NCBI GenBank assembly: GCA_965205025.1
Contig: CBDBFU010000013.1
Coordinates: forward strand, 1-64,000
Length of the DNA stretch: 64,000 nucleotides
Origin: Candidatus Poribacteria bacterium
GTDB lineage: Bacteria; Poribacteria; WGA-4E; WGA-3G
Reading direction: 5' to 3'
Shown here: piece after piece, positions 59,831 through 64,000 of the stretch
Layout: every line of letters starts with the position of its first letter
Position numbering within the stretch: the stretch's first letter is position 1
Notes under the pieces: generated by a model
The model's database searches: none
Told to the model about the DNA's origin: nothing
The model's input: only the letters and a program-made list of their open reading frames with translations
Made by a program: the position numbers and the translations under genes

Positions 59831-60691
59831 ATGCGAAAAATAACTGACGGCGAAATACAGTTTTTTATTGATAACGGTTACCTGATTTTAAAAAATATAA
59901 TACAATCAGATGAACTTGATGTCATACAAGGAGAAAGCCAACGATTAATAGATGAGATTTTAAATGAAGGTCCAGCAGATCCATGGTGTATGCGTGGACC
60001 TGAAGGTATCCCTTATTATCTGACATACCTTCACTCACATCCAAATGAATTCTCACTTAAGCTTCTTGGGCATCCATTCATTGGAGATTTACTTCATCGT
60101 ATCATCGGTCCAGACTTTATTCCATGTTATGAATCATTAGTCTTTAAACTTCCAAAAAATGGTTCATCTGTAAGATGGCATCGGGATGGCAATGCAATTC
60201 GAGAAAACCTTCCTATATTTAATGTTGATATTTATATAGATCATTCTACAGTTGAAAATGGTTGTGTTTGGGTGATACCTGGTAGTCATCTATGGGGAAT
60301 TGAAGAAGCACAAGAAATTATTGATCAAGGAGAAGTAAATTTTGATCGCTCCGATGCTGTACCTGCTGAAGTTGAACCTGGAGACATTCTCCTACACCAT
60401 ACCAAAGTCTTACATGGTAGTAAGATAAATACAAGTGATTCACTTCGTAGAGTAATTTATTTTGACCAACGAACACCAAAATGGAATGAAAGATATAAGT
60501 GGTGGCAGAACGAATTTCTCACACAACGATGTAAAATGTATCAACGTGCTCTTCATGAACGTAGCTCAAATCCCTACACTTCTGATACTGAACAATTTCA
60601 ATATGAAGTTCCTTCAGATATGCCGAAATGGGAAACTGAAGATGACTTTGACTTACGTATAAAACATGGTGATTATCGGTATGAAGATTAA
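59831..60691 (+). CDS. Phytanoyl-CoA dioxygenase (PhyH) family Fe/2OG dioxygenase
   Basis: WHRD, ENGCVWVIPGSH, PGDILLH..VLHGS..N.S..RR. Confidence 0.92.
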   Translation: MRKITDGEIQFFIDNGYLILKNIIQSDELDVIQGESQRLIDEILNEGPADPWCMRGPEGIPYYLTYLHSHPNEFSLKLLGHPFIGDLLHRIIGPDFIPCYESLVFKLPKNGSSVRWHRDGNAIRENLPIFNVDIYIDHSTVENGCVWVIPGSHLWGIEEAQEIIDQGEVNFDRSDAVPAEVEPGDILLHHTKVLHGSKINTSDSLRRVIYFDQRTPKWNERYKWWQNEFLTQRCKMYQRALHERSSNPYTSDTEQFQYEVPSDMPKWETEDDFDLRIKHGDYRYED

Positions 60692-60770
60692 TCTGTTAGG
60701 TTTATCACTCAATTTATTTGATACATAGTCTAATACTGATTATTCTATTTCTATTTAATGGTGAATAAAG

Positions 60771-61508
60771 ATGAACGTACTCCTTATCGGCGGTTCAGGA
60801 CATGTTGGTACAATGACACTTCCTTATATGAAAGACCATCACAATTTTCGTATACTTGACCTTTCTCCACCTAAAGACAATTCTGTAGATTTTATTCAAG
60901 GTTCAGTTACAGATGTGGATATTGTTCAGGAAGCTTTGAAGGGAATGGATACATTTGTGTATATGGTGATGTTACGTCCAACAAGTGATCGTTCATCCGT
61001 TGCAGATTTCCCTGACATAATTGCAAACTACGATGTAAATGCCAAGGGTCTACATATCGTTTTGCATGCAGCCAAAGAGATAGGGATACAACGTGGTGTC
61101 TATACCAGTACTTTTACTGTTCATGAACGGACACGAAATAGTTACCCTTATGAAGATCTTGTTCCACGGGATAATCCTGGTGTATACGGATTAACAAAAG
61201 GTTTTGGAGAACAGGTTTGTGAATACTTTTGTCGAGAACACAATATGTCATTGAGTGCATTACGAATCACAGGTCCGTCGACACGCGAACAGTGGTTAGA
61301 ACGACGAGAACAACCAAAGGATTCATCTGTACATATCTGGTGGACAGATGAAGAGGATTTGGCAAGTGCCTACCTCGCAGCTATTTCTGCAGAACACGAA
61401 GGTTTTGAAGCATTCTTTATTGCCGGAGACTATGAACAGAATGAAATTAATCTCTCAAAAGCAAAACGACTTCTCGGATGGGAACCATTAACACACACAA
61501 AAATATAA
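60771..61508 (+). CDS. NAD-dependent epimerase/dehydratase (uronate dehydrogenase-like)
   Basis: IGGSGHVG, YGLTKGFGE, AKRLLGWEP. Confidence 0.88.
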   Translation: MNVLLIGGSGHVGTMTLPYMKDHHNFRILDLSPPKDNSVDFIQGSVTDVDIVQEALKGMDTFVYMVMLRPTSDRSSVADFPDIIANYDVNAKGLHIVLHAAKEIGIQRGVYTSTFTVHERTRNSYPYEDLVPRDNPGVYGLTKGFGEQVCEYFCREHNMSLSALRITGPSTREQWLERREQPKDSSVHIWWTDEEDLASAYLAAISAEHEGFEAFFIAGDYEQNEINLSKAKRLLGWEPLTHTKI

Positions 61509-61548
61509 ATGAAAACTGTCTTAAACAATGACTACCTAAAATCATCCA

Positions 61549-63423
61549 ATGAAAAAGAAATTTGCTATAACCTTCCTTAATCTTCTAATTTTCCTACCAC
61601 TTTGTAACTCTCTCGCAGAAAAATATATCGAAATGAACCTACCTGAAGGTGCAATTGCACGTTTTGGAAAGGGTGGGATACAAATGATTAAATATTCACA
61701 AGATGGTTCATTAATGGGAGTAGCAAGTGGAATTGGGGTATGGATCTATGATACATCAACATATCAAGAGATAGACCTACTCACTGGACATACTGAACTT
61801 GTTAAAGCGTTTGCTTTTCATCCTGATGGAAATACAATCGCAACAAGTAGTTGGGATGGTACCATCAGAGTATGGAATAGGATTACTGGTAAACACAAGA
61901 AAAGACTCATTGGACAAAGTTACCATACAAATACAATCACATACAGTCCGGATGGATTATTACTTGCTACAGGAAGTGATGATGGCAACATTCGATTGTG
62001 GTCTACAGATAAGATGGAATTACAGAAAACACTCACAGGTCATACAGATTGGGTTTGGAGAGTCGCCTTTAGTCCAGATGGGAGTATCCTTGCAAGTGGA
62101 AGTGCAGATGGATCAATTCGTTTGTGGAATGTAAGAACCGGTAAAAACCTTCACACAAATTCAATTGATAAAGGAGCAATAATAGATATAGCATTTAGTC
62201 CTGATGGAGAAAACCTTGCTACTGCTGGATGGGAAGAAAATATCCATATATTGAATACCAAGAATGGTGATGAAAAGATGATACTATCTGGCGCAGAAGA
62301 TGGTTTTCGTTGTGTTACATTTAGTCCGGATGGAAAAAAACTTATAGGTGGAAATTATGATGGTTCTGTACAATTGTGGAACTTAGAAACAGGAAAACTA
62401 ATTAAGATCATTTCAAAATCTCATACAAAAGTCGAGAGTGTCTCATTTAGTCCGGATGGTAAAATATTGGCAACTGGTAGAAGAGATGGAAGTTTTGATT
62501 TATGGAACGTAAAAACATGGGAAATCCATAAGAGAATTAATGGATACTTATCTTGGGTAAATTGTGTTGCATATAGTCCAAATGGAAAAATGATTGCTAA
62601 TGGATGTTATGATGGTAACATTTATCTTTGGGATCCACATACCAAGTCTCATAAAAAAACACTATCAGGTAATCTTTCTTGGGTTAAAAGTATTGCTTTT
62701 AGTCCAGATAGCCAAAAACTTGTGAGTGGGACAAGTGACAGACTAATTCGATTCTGGGAGTTGACAACTGGAAAGTATGAAATTGGTAAAAAAGAACATT
62801 CTGATAGTGTAAATTCCATAGCTTTTCATCCAAAAAGTAATAAATTTGTTAGTGGAAGTGAAATGGGTGACATTTATCTTTGGAATACAATAACAGGCAA
62901 ATTCAAAAGTAGCTTTTCCAGTCCAGATAATGATGTGCTTTCGTTTGAAAAAGGTATCAATAGTCTTGCCTTCAGTCCAGATGGAAAAACACTTGTTAGT
63001 GGAAGTACGGACACAACACTCCGATTGTGGGATATAGATACAGCATCGTATAAGGTGGCATTTTTTGGACATAATGACTCCGTGAAGTGTGTTGCCTATA
63101 GTCCTGATGGAAACACAATCGTGAGCGGTGGTGAAGATGGAGAAATTCGCTTGTGGGAAGCGACAACTGGGATACTTAAAAATACCCTTACTGGACATAC
63201 TTTATGGGTGAATAGTGTGGCATTTAGTCCAGATAACAGTACTCTTGCAAGTGGTGGATGGGAAGGTAATATATTTATATGGGATTATAAAACCGGTACA
63301 TTCAAGAAAAAATTAGCAGGACATGTATCCTGGGTAAATAGTCTCGCATTCAGTCCAGATGGTAAAACACTTGTGAGTGGAAGCCGTGATTGTTCTGTGC
63401 TTGTGTGGGAGATAGCACAATAA
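61549..63423 (+). CDS. Secreted WD40-repeat protein (~14 repeats)
   Basis: Signal peptide, LPEGAIARFGKG, repeated GH...V..VAFSPDG..LASGS.DG.IRLW. Confidence 0.95.
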   Translation: MKKKFAITFLNLLIFLPLCNSLAEKYIEMNLPEGAIARFGKGGIQMIKYSQDGSLMGVASGIGVWIYDTSTYQEIDLLTGHTELVKAFAFHPDGNTIATSSWDGTIRVWNRITGKHKKRLIGQSYHTNTITYSPDGLLLATGSDDGNIRLWSTDKMELQKTLTGHTDWVWRVAFSPDGSILASGSADGSIRLWNVRTGKNLHTNSIDKGAIIDIAFSPDGENLATAGWEENIHILNTKNGDEKMILSGAEDGFRCVTFSPDGKKLIGGNYDGSVQLWNLETGKLIKIISKSHTKVESVSFSPDGKILATGRRDGSFDLWNVKTWEIHKRINGYLSWVNCVAYSPNGKMIANGCYDGNIYLWDPHTKSHKKTLSGNLSWVKSIAFSPDSQKLVSGTSDRLIRFWELTTGKYEIGKKEHSDSVNSIAFHPKSNKFVSGSEMGDIYLWNTITGKFKSSFSSPDNDVLSFEKGINSLAFSPDGKTLVSGSTDTTLRLWDIDTASYKVAFFGHNDSVKCVAYSPDGNTIVSGGEDGEIRLWEATTGILKNTLTGHTLWVNSVAFSPDNSTLASGGWEGNIFIWDYKTGTFKKKLAGHVSWVNSLAFSPDGKTLVSGSRDCSVLVWEIAQ

Positions 63424-63437
63424 ATATAACATTACAA

Positions 63438-64000
63438 ATGAGAGCTATCAGCATTTTATCTTTTCTTATAATTTTTGTCCAATCTACATATTTTCCTACT
63501 AAAATATATGCTGATGGACAATTCCATCGAGAACTACCAGAAGGTGCAATTGCACAATTTGGTAAAGGTTTTATCAACGATATACACTTTTCTCCAGATG
63601 GAGAATTACTTGCTGTAGCCAGTAGCATCGGAATTTGGATCTACGATACAGCAACACTACAAGAAGCAACTTTATTATCTGAACATAAAGATCATGTTCT
63701 ATGTGTTGCATTCAGTCCAAATGGAGATATACTCGTAAGTGGTAATATAGATGGTATTATTAACATCTGGAATCGACAGACTGGTACCCTAAGACGAGAG
63801 ATAACCGAATATAAAATTGGTATTAATAGTATTGCATTTAGTCCTGATGGAACTACATTCGCAAGTGGGAGTGGTGATGGTAAAATTCGATTTTGGGATA
63901 CAGCAACAGGTAAAATAAGGAAGACAGTATCCGGATTACCAGGACGAATCATGAGTCTTTCTTATAGAAATGATGGAAAAATGCTTGCCAGTGGAAGCGA
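63438..64000 (+). CDS. Secreted WD40-repeat protein, 3' truncated by window
   Basis: Manual translation MRAISILSFLIIFVQ...ELPEGAIAQFGKG..FSPDG. Open to the window end. Confidence 0.9.
   Translation, partial: MRAISILSFLIIFVQSTYFPTKIYADGQFHRELPEGAIAQFGKGFINDIHFSPDGELLAVASSIGIWIYDTATLQEATLLSEHKDHVLCVAFSPNGDILVSGNIDGIINIWNRQTGTLRREITEYKIGINSIAFSPDGTTFASGSGDGKIRFWDTATGKIRKTVSGLPGRIMSLSYRNDGKMLASGS

Noticed and set aside
1-64000. tRNA, rRNA, prophage or autonomous transposase genes
   Set aside because: None was recognised by eye. tRNAscan/Infernal were not run.

Overview
AT-rich bacterial chromosomal segment. I infer a Candidatus Poribacteria-like genome from the LPEGAIAxFGKG-type WD40 proteins, the LamG and secreted proteins ending in KLTTxWxDIK, and the PhyH/DUF1080/SDR content. 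From left to right it contains: a decayed EcoRI-family MTase + DUF262 remnant; sugar kinase/ROK/GmhA genes; an nfeD-nfeD-floA-floA membrane-microdomain operon; an amidase + Ala-Glu epimerase + SDR cluster; a nitrate-assimilation module (NasT-like ANTAR regulator, nirA, NarK/NRT2 transporter, narB-like) with a readable sigma54 promoter, NtrC-like sites and a dual-hexaloop ANTAR antiterminator; gnd and other catabolic genes; phnA with a phosphonate-associated ADH; argB; a GC-richer metal-uptake island (CxxC/RAPP leader, His-rich lipoprotein, TonB receptor, COG0523, WD40); a defence island (helicase-less type ISP/IIG-like RM enzyme, a TIR-TPR-TRD fusion coupled to an RloC-like ATPase-HEPN gene, many TA remnants); and LamG, PhyH, epimerase and WD40 genes. 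Intergenic DNA is a mosaic of nested MITE/REP-like repeats. The best candidates for undescribed systems are the TIR-TPR-TRD + ATPase-HEPN pair and the RAPP-leader-controlled metal operon. Several single-base frameshifts sit in homopolymers and may be sequencing errors. All calls come from reading motifs by eye; no searches were run.
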